Shown here: positions 1 to 11,618 of the stretch, piece by piece
How positions within the stretch are numbered: the first letter of the stretch is position 1
How the letters are laid out: every line of letters starts with the position of its first letter
Assembly: GCA_918797485.1 (NCBI GenBank)
Contig: CAKKNE010000002.1
Location: forward strand, 5,270,001 to 5,334,000
Length of the DNA: 64,000 nt
Source: Pelagomonas calceolata
Taxonomy: Eukaryota
Direction of reading: 5' to 3'
Made by a program: the position numbers and the translations under genes
The notes under the pieces: model-generated
Told to the model about the DNA's origin: nothing
The model's input: only the letters and a program-made list of their open reading frames with translations
The model's database searches: none

Positions 1-2211
1 ATAATAGTCCTCGCCACGCTGGCCGCAGCCAAGGACCTCCAGAAATTGCTAAGGCAAATGACGCTGGAAGAAAAATTAGGACTGCTCCACGGGTCGCCGA
101 GCAACTACACCGGCGCCACGACAGCAATCACGCGCCTCGGCGTCCCGCGGCTGCTCCTGAACGACGGGCCCCAGGGCTTCCGCGCGCCGCCTTCGTTAGA
201 CGGCACGTCCACGGCCTTCCCGAGCGGCCTCGCCGTCGCCGCGACGTTCGACGATGCGCTCGCGGCGACGTGGGCCGCGACGATCGCGTCCGAGTTCGCA
301 AAAAAGGGCGCGACCGTGTTATTGGGGCCGGGGCTCAACGTCGCGCGCGTTCCTTTCAATGGTCGCAATTTTGAATATTGCAGCGGCGAGGACCCCTACC
401 TCGGCGCACGGATGGCCTCTGCAATTATCCCGGCGATCCAGTCCCAGAATGTCATAGCGACGGCGAAGCATTATGTGTTGAACAACCAGGAGACGGGTAG
501 AGTGGGAGCCGATTCTATCATCGACGAGCGCACGTGGCGCGAGATCTACCTGCCGCCCTTCGAGAGCGCGGTCGCGCATGGCGCGCTGTCCGCGATGTGC
601 AGCTACAACCGTATTACGTTGGATAACGTGACGGCCTGGGCCTGCGGGCACCGGTGTGGAAATCAACCAGCGACGTCGCGTCGCATGGAAATTCCACGCC
701 ATCGAGCTGCTGCAGTTACGTAGCTGCGTCTGCGCGATGGTGTGGCGATTCCACGCCATCGACGCGACGTCGTCCCCGTGACCGCGTCGGCTCGATGGCG
801 TGGAGGCTCATTAAGGTCCACGCAATATTTCTCAGGGGGACAAAATCGCGTCGATGGCGTCGGGCGTCCGAAATCTGATTTCCACGCAGGCGAGCACCCC
901 ACGACGCTCCAGCACCTCAAGGAACAGTCATCAGTATTCGTCATGAGCGACTGGCTCGCGACGCACTCGACGCAAGCTATTGTCAAAGGCCTGGACCAGG
1001 AGATGCCCTCCGACTTCTACTTTGGGAGCAGGCTGCGGGACGCCGTGGAGAGCGGCGCCGTCGACGAAGCTACGATAGATGCGGCTTCACTAAATGTCTT
1101 GCGGGCGATGCAGACAATAGGGGCCCTCGGCCGCGCGCCGCGCGGCGACTTGATGAAGGACGTGTCGACGCCAGCGAATAGAGATATCGCGCGGCGCGTC
1201 GCGGCGCATGCGATCGTGCTGCTCAAGAACAACAACATCCTGCCGCTGCGCACGTGCGCGGGCCTCGTCGTACTCGGCGACCTGCAAAACTACACCGTCG
1301 GCGGCGGCTCGGGTAGGGTGGTGGGCCGCACCGTGTCCCTGACCGATGCGTTCGAAACGCGCTGCGGTATTGTGGAGGCCTACGCCGATCTAGAGTCTGA
1401 AAAAGCACAAGACGCCGTCGCGACGGCCACCAACGTATTGGTAGTGACCGGCTCACAATCGACGGAGGGCGCGGACCGCTCTACATTAGCTCTAGACGGC
1501 GAAGCGATGATCGACGCAGCGGCAAAGCTGAATCACAACATTATTGTAGCGTGCGCGGCGCCGGGCGCCTTCCTCACAGGATGGCGCGATAGCGTCCAAG
1601 CCATCCTAACGACGTGGCCCGGCGGCCAGGAGCTCGCCCATGCGTTGGTCGACGTCCTTTTTGGGGAGGTGAATCCCAGTGCGAGGCTGCCTTTGACATT
1701 GCCGATGACGGAGACCGACCTCAAGTTCACGCAGCGGATGTATCCTGGTCTACCGGACCCGGCACCTCCGAAAGGCTGCGCGGACCCATGCTTGCGCGTT
1801 TTCTATGATGAAAAGTTGGAGGTCGGGTACCGACGCTACGACTCCCATAACATCGAGCCGGCCTACGCCTTCGGCCACGGGCGGTCCTACACGTCCTTTG
1901 TCTATGGGAATTTGACCGTGTCTCTCTCTCAAGTTACTTTCGACGTGCGCAACATTGGTGGAGTCGCGGGCGCCGAGGTCGCGCAGCTCTATGTGGTCCC
2001 ACCCTCCTCACGGGGTTATCAGCAGCTCAAGGGCTTCCACAAGACGGCCGTGCTGGCCCCCGGTCGTGTCGAGCGCGTGACGCTCCGCTTCGACGCCAGA
2101 ACTTTTTCCGCGTTCCTCGACGGCGCCTGGCGGCGCATTCCTGGTAGTCATGAATTGCGCGTCGGCGCGTCGTCGCGCGACGCGCGCCTGCGCGGGACCG
2201 TCGACGTCTGA
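1..2211 (+). CDS. Glycoside hydrolase family 3 beta-glucosidase, 5'-partial; exons <1-643 and 890-2211
   Basis: GH3 motifs (DGPQG, GRNFEY, KHYV, MCSYN, VMSDW nucleophile, C-terminal Fn3-like domain) are split over ORFs 46-723 and 742-2211. Removing GC-AG intron 644-889 gives in-frame WACEHPTTLQHLKE. The frame is open from base 1 (IIVLATLAAA, signal-peptide-like). Confidence 0.9.
644..897 (+). mobile_element. Introner element 1: intron 644-889 (GC-AG), element 652-889, 8-bp TSD 644-651/890-897
   Basis: TSD GCGGGCAC/GCGAGCAC. TIRs CGGTGTGGAAATCA...TGATTTCCACGCAG (12/14). Splicing restores the GH3 frame. Confidence 0.85.
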
Positions 2212-2363
2212 GTTCCGTGGTGACGCGGCGACGGCGTGGAGTCTAGGCGTGGAGGACGCCGTCACCTACGCGTTGCGTCGACAACGCATCCACGCGCCCA
2301 ATGTATGTGTGCTAAGTCTACTGTGTTCGTATATTTCAAAGAGGACAACTTAGGAGAAGGCGT

Positions 2364-3110
<747 letters not shown>

Positions 3111-3310
3111 TTAAGCTTTATGGTCAGCATGCGGCGGCCTTCCGCCGGGCGTTTCATCGATGTTGCCGTGGCCGAAGATGGCCGGGCGGACCTTTGGGGT
3201 GCCAGCGGACCCGTCCGCGTACGAATGGAAGGTTCTTTGGATCAGTCGAGTAAAACCTGTGCAAAACGACTTCGCCGCGGCCGCTCGTAAAACAGCGCTC
3301 ATAATTCATC

Positions 3311-4042
<732 letters not shown>

Positions 4043-4669
4043 GCGTTTTCATATTTTCCTCCTACCTACCCCGCCTCGCGTGTAACGTCGAGGCGTTTTC
4101 TACTCTCTCGGTCTACCTCTGATGTTGGTTTTTTGGAATGGGGCCATTTTGGATCGTCGTTTGCTTCCAGTGGTGTTTTGACCATCAGAAGACTCTTAAG
4201 ACTCGACGGAGGCCTCTCAACGGCGGGCCGCGAGCGACGCCCAACATTTGTGAGCTTGGCGGATTTGCCTGCTCCTCTCGCAATTTTGCAGCGTACAGAC
4301 GGCGTCGCCTTCGTTCGACATGATTCACGGCGTCTCCGAGGCAGTGTGGTTCGCTGCGGCAAGCGGCGTGCTCAAAGATGCGGCCTAGAGCAAGTGCCAC
4401 ATAGCCACCGCTGGTGAAGAGCACGCCCTCTGGCGGCGCGACGCGGCACGACTCACCCGTCGCACCTGGCCGACGAGCGCGCTGCTCTCGTCCGAGCGTG
4501 GCAGGGCTGGAGCACGACGCTTGGAACCAGCCGCACGAGACGACCGTCGCGCGGGCCAGTCGCTTGGGAGGAGACCTTTCACAAGCGCGGGCGAGAGAAC
4601 GGCACGGTAGCGCGCCACCAGTCGCTTGGATGAACGCAGCCCTCACCCCCATTCCCCCATCGCAGCAAG

Positions 4670-5470
4670 ATGCAGACCACCGTCCTCGCGCTCGCGCTCG
4701 GCTCGGCCGCGGCGTTCGTCGGCCCGGCGGCGCAGGCCCCGGCCACGGCGGTGAACGCCGGCCAGGGCGACCTCGTCGCGCTCGCCGAGGCGAACGGCGA
4801 CCAGCTCGGCCGCAACCTCGGCTTCTGGGACCCGCTCGGCGCCTCCTCCTTAGATTTCTTCGGCCTCGAGCAGAGCGGGCGCCTGCCGTCCGGCGCGACG
4901 GTCGGCTACCTGCGCCACGCCGAGATCAAGCACGGCCGCGTCGCCATGGCCGCCTTCGTCGGCTACTGCCTCCAGGCGAACGGCGTGCGCTTCCCCTGGA
5001 CGCCGTACCCCGGCTTCCAGGACGGCCTCACGCCCCCGGAGCAGTGGGCGAACATCCCCGCCGCGGGCAAGTGGCAGTTCTTCGTCTTCATCGGCATCCT
5101 CGAGGCCCTCGGCGAGTGCTTCCCGTCGGGCGAGCACTACATGGCCGGCGGCCGGCCCGGCGTCTACCCCTCGCTCACGGAGCCGAACGACCAGATGCTC
5201 TCGTGCGGCCTCTACCCGCCCCACGGCTTCAACGTCGACCTCCTCCCCTTCCGCGCGTCGCTCGCCAAGCAGGACGAGTCCAAGCGCGCCCGCGGCCGCC
5301 AGTGCGAGATCAACAACGGCCGCGCGGCCATGCTCGGCATCTTCTCGCTCCTCTCGGAGCAGAAGGTGCCCGGCGCCGTGCCCTTCCTCTCGGGCAAGAT
5401 CCCGACGCTCCCGGACATGGAGATCATGGGCCCCTTCGTCGGCACGGACGGCATCTCGCACATCTGGTAG
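4670..5470 (+). CDS. Light-harvesting (fucoxanthin-chlorophyll a/c) protein
   Basis: Signal peptide with AAAF cleavage motif, FWDPLG, helix 1 EIKHGRVAM, helix 3 EINNGRAAM. Very high GC3. Confidence 0.93.
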   Translation: MQTTVLALALGSAAAFVGPAAQAPATAVNAGQGDLVALAEANGDQLGRNLGFWDPLGASSLDFFGLEQSGRLPSGATVGYLRHAEIKHGRVAMAAFVGYCLQANGVRFPWTPYPGFQDGLTPPEQWANIPAAGKWQFFVFIGILEALGECFPSGEHYMAGGRPGVYPSLTEPNDQMLSCGLYPPHGFNVDLLPFRASLAKQDESKRARGRQCEINNGRAAMLGIFSLLSEQKVPGAVPFLSGKIPTLPDMEIMGPFVGTDGISHIW

Positions 5471-5583
5471 ATTGCAGATGATGTGACAACGCGGCGGCGT
5501 ATATAAGGACCTGTCACTTTTATGCTTGTCTTACCAGCTAATCCACGCCATCGCCGCGACACCTCACACACACCACCACGGAT

Positions 5584-7104
5584 TCACGAGGACGGCCCCC
5601 GCGCGGCCGCCTTCGCCGCGGCGCGCCGCACGGCCCCTTGATGCAGCGGCCCGCGGTTCGACGCCGCGCGATACGCTGGCCTAATTTGAAAGTCGGCGTC
5701 GAAGACCGGCCCCTCCCCAGAATCGACCCTGAACGGCTTCGTAGCAAAGGCCCCATCAACAAAATCCAAACACAACCCGTGCATGAAGCCCCATCGATGG
5801 TCCGTAGGACGCCTCGATCTCGGCCAGCCCGCGTGGCCGCCGCTCTCCGTCGCTAGTAATACAACGTGGCCCGCCTTTCGACACGCTTCCGGCAGGCACG
5901 ATGCGAAGGGAACGATCGGATCATCCTTTGCGTGGAGAACGAACGTTGGTGTGTGGACGTTGGCCAGCCGTTTGAAACCTCGGTCATCCCCGCGCCCGGC
6001 CGCGGACATGTCATCATAGTAGCCTCCTTCACAGTCAATGGCCGCGTAGCCGTTGAAGGGACATACTAAGGCAGAATCGAAGGCGGCGATGGTGTGCGTC
6101 GCCATAATTTCATTGATATTACATTTGTCATACAGTAAAGGCGCGTTCGGCCCGCCCAGAAAGGTCTTCTTGAGTTCCAGGGTCAAGGGCGGGTGCCACA
6201 ACCTCCTCGCGCGGTCGCCGATAGGTCGTAACACGATCTCCGAGCACAATGTTGCTGACACGGCACAGCACGCCACTAGATTAGAGTGAATCCCACTACG
6301 GGCCGCGTAGTTCGCGGCGACGATGCCGCCCATCGAGATGCCTATTAGGGCGACGCGGTCGCCGAAACTCTCTTTCAAGAGAGCAACAGCTGCTCCCACG
6401 TCCGACGTCCGGCCGCCGTGGAATAACGAAGCGCGGACCGGCGTCGCCATCAGACCCCGCGCCACGAGGCAGGCGCAGACGGAGCCGCGCTCGTGCGCCG
6501 CTTGCGCGAGGTCCCGGACGTACGGTTCGTCGGAGCCGCCGTTGAGGCCGTGCAAGACCAGGATGACGGGGGCGTCATCTCTAGGTTGCTCCGGTAGAGC
6601 TATATCTAACGCCACGGCCTCGTCGTCTTCCTTTCCACCTCGCCTCTTATGTCCATCGACGCCGTCGGGCGCCGGCGCTCTCGCGACCCTCAACCAGCGC
6701 CTCCTCCAATTGACTGGAGCGCCCTCCCCGAATGTCGCGAAGGGCACGAGCGTGCCTAAATCGCCGGAGTGGGCGCACCAATTGGTCGGAGGCGGCTGCG
6801 CGGCCAGAGATTTTCTTAACCTCGCCACGAGCAAGCGGTTGCGCGGCGTGTCGGCGTGCGCGAATTCGCAGGTCTCTGTTTGTGTTGAGTGCGTCGCGTA
6901 GCGCCATAGAGCTATAATGATGGCATATACTAAACTCGGCAGCGCGAGCAGCGTCGAGAGCAGGACGGGCCAGAGCACGCTTATTTTTTTGGTATTGACG
7001 GGTGGCGCCGGTGGTCTGTTTATTATGGTGAAGGGGTAATCCGTGCTGGTTTTGCTGCAGAGCTTAGCGAAGGCGTCCTCGTTTGCTGCCTTTGCATCGG
7101 CCAT
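5584..7104 (-). CDS. Alpha/beta hydrolase (ABHD1-3/YheT-like), N-terminal TM segment
   Basis: LHGLNGGS, nucleophile GISMG, HAKDDP acid, GGH histidine. First ATG at 7104. Confidence 0.85.
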   Translation of the reverse strand: MADAKAANEDAFAKLCSKTSTDYPFTIINRPPAPPVNTKKISVLWPVLLSTLLALPSLVYAIIIALWRYATHSTQTETCEFAHADTPRNRLLVARLRKSLAAQPPPTNWCAHSGDLGTLVPFATFGEGAPVNWRRRWLRVARAPAPDGVDGHKRRGGKEDDEAVALDIALPEQPRDDAPVILVLHGLNGGSDEPYVRDLAQAAHERGSVCACLVARGLMATPVRASLFHGGRTSDVGAAVALLKESFGDRVALIGISMGGIVAANYAARSGIHSNLVACCAVSATLCSEIVLRPIGDRARRLWHPPLTLELKKTFLGGPNAPLLYDKCNINEIMATHTIAAFDSALVCPFNGYAAIDCEGGYYDDMSAAGRGDDRGFKRLANVHTPTFVLHAKDDPIVPFASCLPEACRKAGHVVLLATESGGHAGWPRSRRPTDHRWGFMHGLCLDFVDGAFATKPFRVDSGEGPVFDADFQIRPAYRAASNRGPLHQGAVRRAAAKAAARGPSS

Positions 7105-7241
7105 TGCTGCTGTGAGTGGCACGACTGCAATTGACCCTTCGATCGCTACGCAGCGCTACCGTTAGGAGGAATGCGGTACCGCACGGGTACTATTGGCAAG
7201 GTATCGCTGCCATTCGCACCGCTGTGCATGGCAAATGCTGG

Positions 7242-7263
7242 CTAGTGTGTTACAGGCCGCTAG
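7242..7263 (-). promoter_or_regulatory. CTAG-bounded upstream motif (CTAGCGGCCTGTAACACACTAG on minus)
   Basis: One mismatch from the copy at 9071; about 140 bp upstream of the hydrolase ATG. Confidence 0.55.
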
Positions 7264-7732
7264 CTTACAGACATTTTTTACGGCAACGCGTGGCCACCGC
7301 GCGGCAAAGTCGATAGATCTCGTCGCGAATACCCCTTTAATATAGCGCGCAAACGCGGCGACCCTCGTGGCGAGCCACACCGGTTTTGGTAGGGTGACCA
7401 AAAAAGTCAGCAAAATGCGAGAGTCGCCGCGGACGGCGTCGTATTTGGCCTGTTCCCGACGTTTCTCGAGGAGATGCCTCGCCTCGGCCTCGTCGCCACT
7501 GTCGTCGTCGTTCATATTTGGGCTCGAGCCGCGCGCCGCGTCTTGACACAGAGCCTCTCTTAGCCACTGAGAGAGCTTCCTGGTTTTCGTGGATGTCGGG
7601 CGCAGTTCTCGCCCCCGCCGCGCCGACGCCGCCCTCGTTCACTGCGCGGCCGCCTGATGACGCGAGCAACCGGCGTAGATCGCTCGCTCGCACGCTAGAC
7701 TGGCAAAAAGCCAGAAAAACCCGCGACCTCTT

Positions 7733-8920
7733 TTACTCAGACGAAATGGGCGAAGAGGACACGTCGAGCACCACTTTGCCAGCGGTCCGCCGCGACCGCA
7801 GCGCCTCGAACGCGCCGCGGACGCCGGCCTCGTCGAAGGCGAACGTTTGGGCGACGGTCGGCCGCAAGTTACCTTCGTCGGCCCAGGCCGCCAGCCGACT
7901 CAACCTCTTGGACGACCCCGGCATCTTGATCCAAAACAACTCAAAGCCCCGTCCGAAACAATTCAATCCAGTAAACCGTTTCAAACCAGCAAGGGCCCAG
8001 TGTCGCGTGGCTCCCCCGAAGACGACGTAGTTGTGCCGGTCACCATCAGTCTTGACGTACGGCTTGACGCGCTCGATGTAAGACGCGGCCTTGTCTCTCG
8101 CGTCCGCGGACGACACCGCATCGAGCACCACATCATAAGGGCCATTCTCGGCAATCTTCTCGATATACCCATCCTGGCGGTAGTCGACCACTACGGAAGC
8201 GCCGCACTTCTGGACGAAGTCGCTGTTTTTGCCCGAGCACACGCCGACCACGTCCGCTCCTAGACATTTCGCAATTTGCACCGCGACGTGGCCGACGCCG
8301 CCCGACGCACCTATAACTAAAACTCGTTGACCTGCTGAGACGCCGTGCTGCTCCAAGGCCTGGAGGGCCGTGATGCATACCAAAGGAGTGGCCGCGGCTT
8401 CCTGCCACGACAGTTTACTAGGTTTGTGGGCGACCTGGTCCAAGGGCGCGTTCACAACCTCGCAGAACGATCCATGTAAAGACCGCCACGGCCGCAGCGA
8501 CGCCGGGTCCTCGGCAAACCCAAAAACCTCGTCGCCCGCCGCGAAGCCCGAGCCGGCCGGAGCTTGGATAACGACGCCGCTAAAATCAAAACCCGGCGTG
8601 GACCCGGCGACCCTTCGAGACGCCCACGGGAGCCAGCTCTCGGGGAACTTGTCGCCGATGACGTACTTGGCGTCGACGGGGTTCGCGCCGCAGCTTCTTA
8701 CTTCACAGAGGACGACGCCTCTACAGCACCTCTTGGCTGGTTTAGGTGCGGCCCGCTCGACGAGGCGCGCGCCCTGGGGCGCCGCGGGGTCGTAGACGGC
8801 CGCGCGCATGATCCTTTTCGCGGCGGTTCTCAGCGCCAGGGCGTTACCGTTGGTGATGGTGAGGAATGCGAGGAGTATGACTCGTCGTCGCGCCGCCAGC
8901 GTGTGTGGCGGATAACGCAC
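7733..8920 (-). CDS. NAD(P)H quinone oxidoreductase / MDR superfamily (RTN4IP1-like); true start uncertain (first ATG 8809)
   Basis: NPVD, PGFDFSGVV, GDEVFG, Rossmann GASGGVG and GKVV motifs. An in-frame hydrophobic stretch precedes ATG 8809. Confidence 0.85.
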   Translation of the reverse strand: MRYPPHTLAARRRVILLAFLTITNGNALALRTAAKRIMRAAVYDPAAPQGARLVERAAPKPAKRCCRGVVLCEVRSCGANPVDAKYVIGDKFPESWLPWASRRVAGSTPGFDFSGVVIQAPAGSGFAAGDEVFGFAEDPASLRPWRSLHGSFCEVVNAPLDQVAHKPSKLSWQEAAATPLVCITALQALEQHGVSAGQRVLVIGASGGVGHVAVQIAKCLGADVVGVCSGKNSDFVQKCGASVVVDYRQDGYIEKIAENGPYDVVLDAVSSADARDKAASYIERVKPYVKTDGDRHNYVVFGGATRHWALAGLKRFTGLNCFGRGFELFWIKMPGSSKRLSRLAAWADEGNLRPTVAQTFAFDEAGVRGAFEALRSRRTAGKVVLDVSSSPISSE

Positions 8921-9070
8921 CCTGTGGCCAGGCTGGGTGGTGAGGAGTAGGGCTCGTCACCAGTGTGCGCTGCTGAGAGGGCACAAACGAGGAGAGCTTC
9001 CAGCGCCCCTGCTCCTTGTCGTCGAGGCTGAGTGAGGCACAGCGGTGGCTGCGTTCAACGTTTTGCGGAG

Positions 9071-9092
9071 CTAGCGGCCTGTAAGACACTAG
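9071..9092 (+). promoter_or_regulatory. CTAG-bounded upstream motif CTAGCGGCCTGTAAGACACTAG
   Basis: Recurrent motif, here in the divergent intergenic region between the MDR and mTERF genes. Confidence 0.6.
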
Positions 9093-9216
9093 AAAGCAAG
9101 CAGCGCGTCGACGCGGCCCTGCTGCGCTCTCAGCTACGTTACAGTACGCAAAGTGTACACCTTTTGGGCCTCATCCAATCTCATCATCCAATTCGATCGG
9201 TTTCAGCAGCTACAAG

Positions 9217-10533
9217 ATGCTCTCCAGGGCAACAACCAGGGCGTTGCACGCGGCCCGCGCGCTAAGCGCTGATTCAGCGCGAGCGGCACAGAAAATGCAC
9301 GCGGCACGCGCGCTAAGCGCTGCGCCAGCGCGAGCGGCACAGAAAAAGAAACTCCTGGGCCCGAAGAAGAACGCACAACAAGTGCGCGACCTGCTCCGGA
9401 CGCGGCTCGCGCTGACGGAAGCGGAGCTGGATCGGATGGTGCGGCGCCGGCCCCTCGGCGCGCTCACGACCATCAAGCCGAAGCTCGACTGGTTGCAGCG
9501 CCGCCTCGACCTGGACACTCAACAATTAGCGAGGTTGGTGAGAAGGGAGCCGACGGTGTTGACGAACAGCGTCGAACGGAACAACGCGCCGACGCTCGAC
9601 TGGCTCCAGACGCGCCTCGAGCTGGACACGGCGCAACTGGGGCGGATGGTCGTGAAGCTGCCGGCCCTGGTGGGCAAGCGCCCCGAGAGCATGGAGGAAA
9701 ACTGCGACTGGCTGCGGCGGCGTTTAGGTCTCGACGCGACGCAGACGCGGCGGCTCGTCGCGGGGTTCCCGCCGCTGCTGTATCTCAGCGTCGATGAAAA
9801 TTTAAAGCCGACGCTCGACTGGCTCCAGAAACGCCTCGACCTGGACGACGGGGGGCTGAGGAAGATGGTTCTGACGCATCCGCCACTGCTGGGCTTGAGC
9901 GTCGAGGCCAACATGGCCCCGAAGCTCGCCTACCTCGAGCAGGAACTCAACATGACGCGCGCCGCGCTCCGCGACCACGTGCTGCGGATCCCGGCCATCC
10001 TGGCCTACAGCCTCGACAAGCGCTACCGCCCGCGCGTCGAGGCGTGCCGCGCGGCTGGGGTGGATGCGGGCTACGTCCTCACGGCCGCCCCGCTGACGGA
10101 CGAGTACTTCTACGAGCGCCTCGAGACGATGCGGGAAGTAGTCGTCGCGACCGCGTCGTCGCGCGCGACGACGCCGCCGGGACGACGGGCGTTCAGCACC
10201 GCGTCCTCCGACGACGGCAACGGCCTCCCGGGCACGGAGCACGGCGGGCGGCGCCTCGCCATCGTCTTCACGTGCACCGTCTGCGACACGCGCTCGGCGA
10301 AAAAATTCTCGGAGCACGCCTACCGGCATGGGGTGGTTGTCGTGCGCTGCCCGGGCTGCGGGAACGACCACCTCATCGCGGACAACCTGGGGTTCTTCGA
10401 GGACGACTGGACGCTCGAGGATATGTTAAGGGCGCGCGGCGATAGCGTCGAGACGCTCGACGACGACAACCTGGCGGAGGGGGTCGACGCGGAGTTGTTG
10501 AAAAGGCTCGTCGAGGGCCGGCGGGGTAAATAG
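9217..10533 (+). CDS. mTERF-repeat protein fused to a C-terminal DNL-type zinc finger (Hep1/Zim17-like), probably mitochondrial
   Basis: Arg/Ala-rich presequence, repeated P.LL.LSV..NL.P.LDWL units and YSL..R..PR, then FTCTVC...AY.HGVVVVRCPGC.N.HLIADNLGFF. Confidence 0.85.
   Translation: MLSRATTRALHAARALSADSARAAQKMHAARALSAAPARAAQKKKLLGPKKNAQQVRDLLRTRLALTEAELDRMVRRRPLGALTTIKPKLDWLQRRLDLDTQQLARLVRREPTVLTNSVERNNAPTLDWLQTRLELDTAQLGRMVVKLPALVGKRPESMEENCDWLRRRLGLDATQTRRLVAGFPPLLYLSVDENLKPTLDWLQKRLDLDDGGLRKMVLTHPPLLGLSVEANMAPKLAYLEQELNMTRAALRDHVLRIPAILAYSLDKRYRPRVEACRAAGVDAGYVLTAAPLTDEYFYERLETMREVVVATASSRATTPPGRRAFSTASSDDGNGLPGTEHGGRRLAIVFTCTVCDTRSAKKFSEHAYRHGVVVVRCPGCGNDHLIADNLGFFEDDWTLEDMLRARGDSVETLDDDNLAEGVDAELLKRLVEGRRGK
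9244..9345 (+). repeat. In-frame 51-bp tandem duplication in the presequence
   Basis: 9244-9294 and 9295-9345 encode LHAARALSADSARAAQK and MHAARALSAAPARAAQK. Confidence 0.85.
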
Positions 10534-10578
10534 TGTGTGAATTTATGTAGAGTTAGACAACAGATTTAGCCAGCAGAA

Positions 10579-11289
10579 CTAGGGCGGCGAGCGCCGCGCG
10601 CGGCGTTTTGCCTTGACTCGTTCCCGGAGCGCCGCCGCGCGGCCCGGCGCCGCCGCGCCAGCCGCTCCTCCCGCCGCATCGTCGCTCCGTCCCGCACGTT
10701 GCCGCATCTTCCGCTTGAGCGGATGCGCCGAGCGCTTCCGCTTCTGGCTCGCCAATGCCCTCCGCCCGCTCGCAGCCACCGCCTCTTGGAGACCGCGGCC
10801 GGCCGCCAGAGCCTCCGTCGCGGCCATGACCTGCTCGACGGCCTCTTGACGAGACCGCGGCGCGTCGGGGTCCGCGAGCACGCGCGACGCCGCCTCGAGC
10901 ATCGCGCCGCCCTGTGGGTTGAAAGGCCTCTTGGGTAACTCTTCGTCGTCGTCGTCCTCGTCGTCGTCCGATGAGGAGGGAGGCGGCACCTCGAGCCCGA
11001 ACCGCGCCCCGTGCTCCCGCAGAAACCTCCTCCTCAGCACTTGGAACGCGTCCTCGAGTTGTTTGCGTTTTTTCTGCTGCTCGGCGGCGTACTCCGGCGA
11101 ATTGAGATAAGCTGTCCACTCCCGTTGTTTCTCGTCGAGCTCGGCCTGGCGTTGCGCTTCCGCGGCGTCGGCCTTTTTTTGTTCCTCCTTCCACTCTTTC
11201 AGGAGACGCTCGGACGCCTCGCGGATGTCGTCGTCGGCGTCGCCGAAGTTTATTGGGCTCCCGTCGGGTCGGCTGAGGCCTGTGCCCAT
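10579..11289 (-). CDS. Hypothetical coiled-coil/acidic protein, possible N-myristoylation (MGTGLS)
   Basis: ATG in AAAAAGAACAGG context, coding-like composition; no family recognised. Confidence 0.55.
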   Translation of the reverse strand: MGTGLSRPDGSPINFGDADDDIREASERLLKEWKEEQKKADAAEAQRQAELDEKQREWTAYLNSPEYAAEQQKKRKQLEDAFQVLRRRFLREHGARFGLEVPPPSSSDDDEDDDDEELPKRPFNPQGGAMLEAASRVLADPDAPRSRQEAVEQVMAATEALAAGRGLQEAVAASGRRALASQKRKRSAHPLKRKMRQRAGRSDDAAGGAAGAAAPGRAAALRERVKAKRRARRSPP

Positions 11290-11522
11290 CCTGTTCTTTT
11301 TTGTTTTTAGGCGTCGTCGTCGTCGTCTTTGTATTTGTGGTGGTGGTGTGCGCGCGGCTGATGGCTGCAGTCCTGCTGCAGCTTTTTGTTTTGGCGGTAT
11401 GAGCAGGGAGTGCGTACAGTTATCACAGCGATGCGGCGGGGTACTGCTGCTCCGAATATGTAAGAAACTGTCTTAGGTTCAATTATAAGCACTTGTTTTG
11501 TCGTTTTTTGCCTGGCACCTAG

Positions 11523-11543
11523 CTAGCGTCTGTAAGACACTAG
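11523..11543 (+). promoter_or_regulatory. CTAG-bounded upstream motif CTAGCGTCTGTAAGACACTAG
   Basis: Recurrent motif, about 235 bp upstream of the minus-strand gene starting at 11289. Confidence 0.55.
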
Positions 11544-11618
11544 GAAAAACAAAAACCTCTCGTACGACGCCGCCGACGCGAGCCCCACTCGAAAAAAGTC
11601 GCGTACTACCACATTAGC

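Noticed and set aside
654..889. GH3 frameshift/pseudogene, or an alternative GT donor at 656
   Set aside because: The TSD-defined GC donor at 644 restores the WACE motif without extra residues.
7162..7693. Small ORFs between the hydrolase and MDR genes
   Set aside because: No recognisable motif, and the 117-aa ORF runs through the putative promoter motif. A short gene cannot be excluded.
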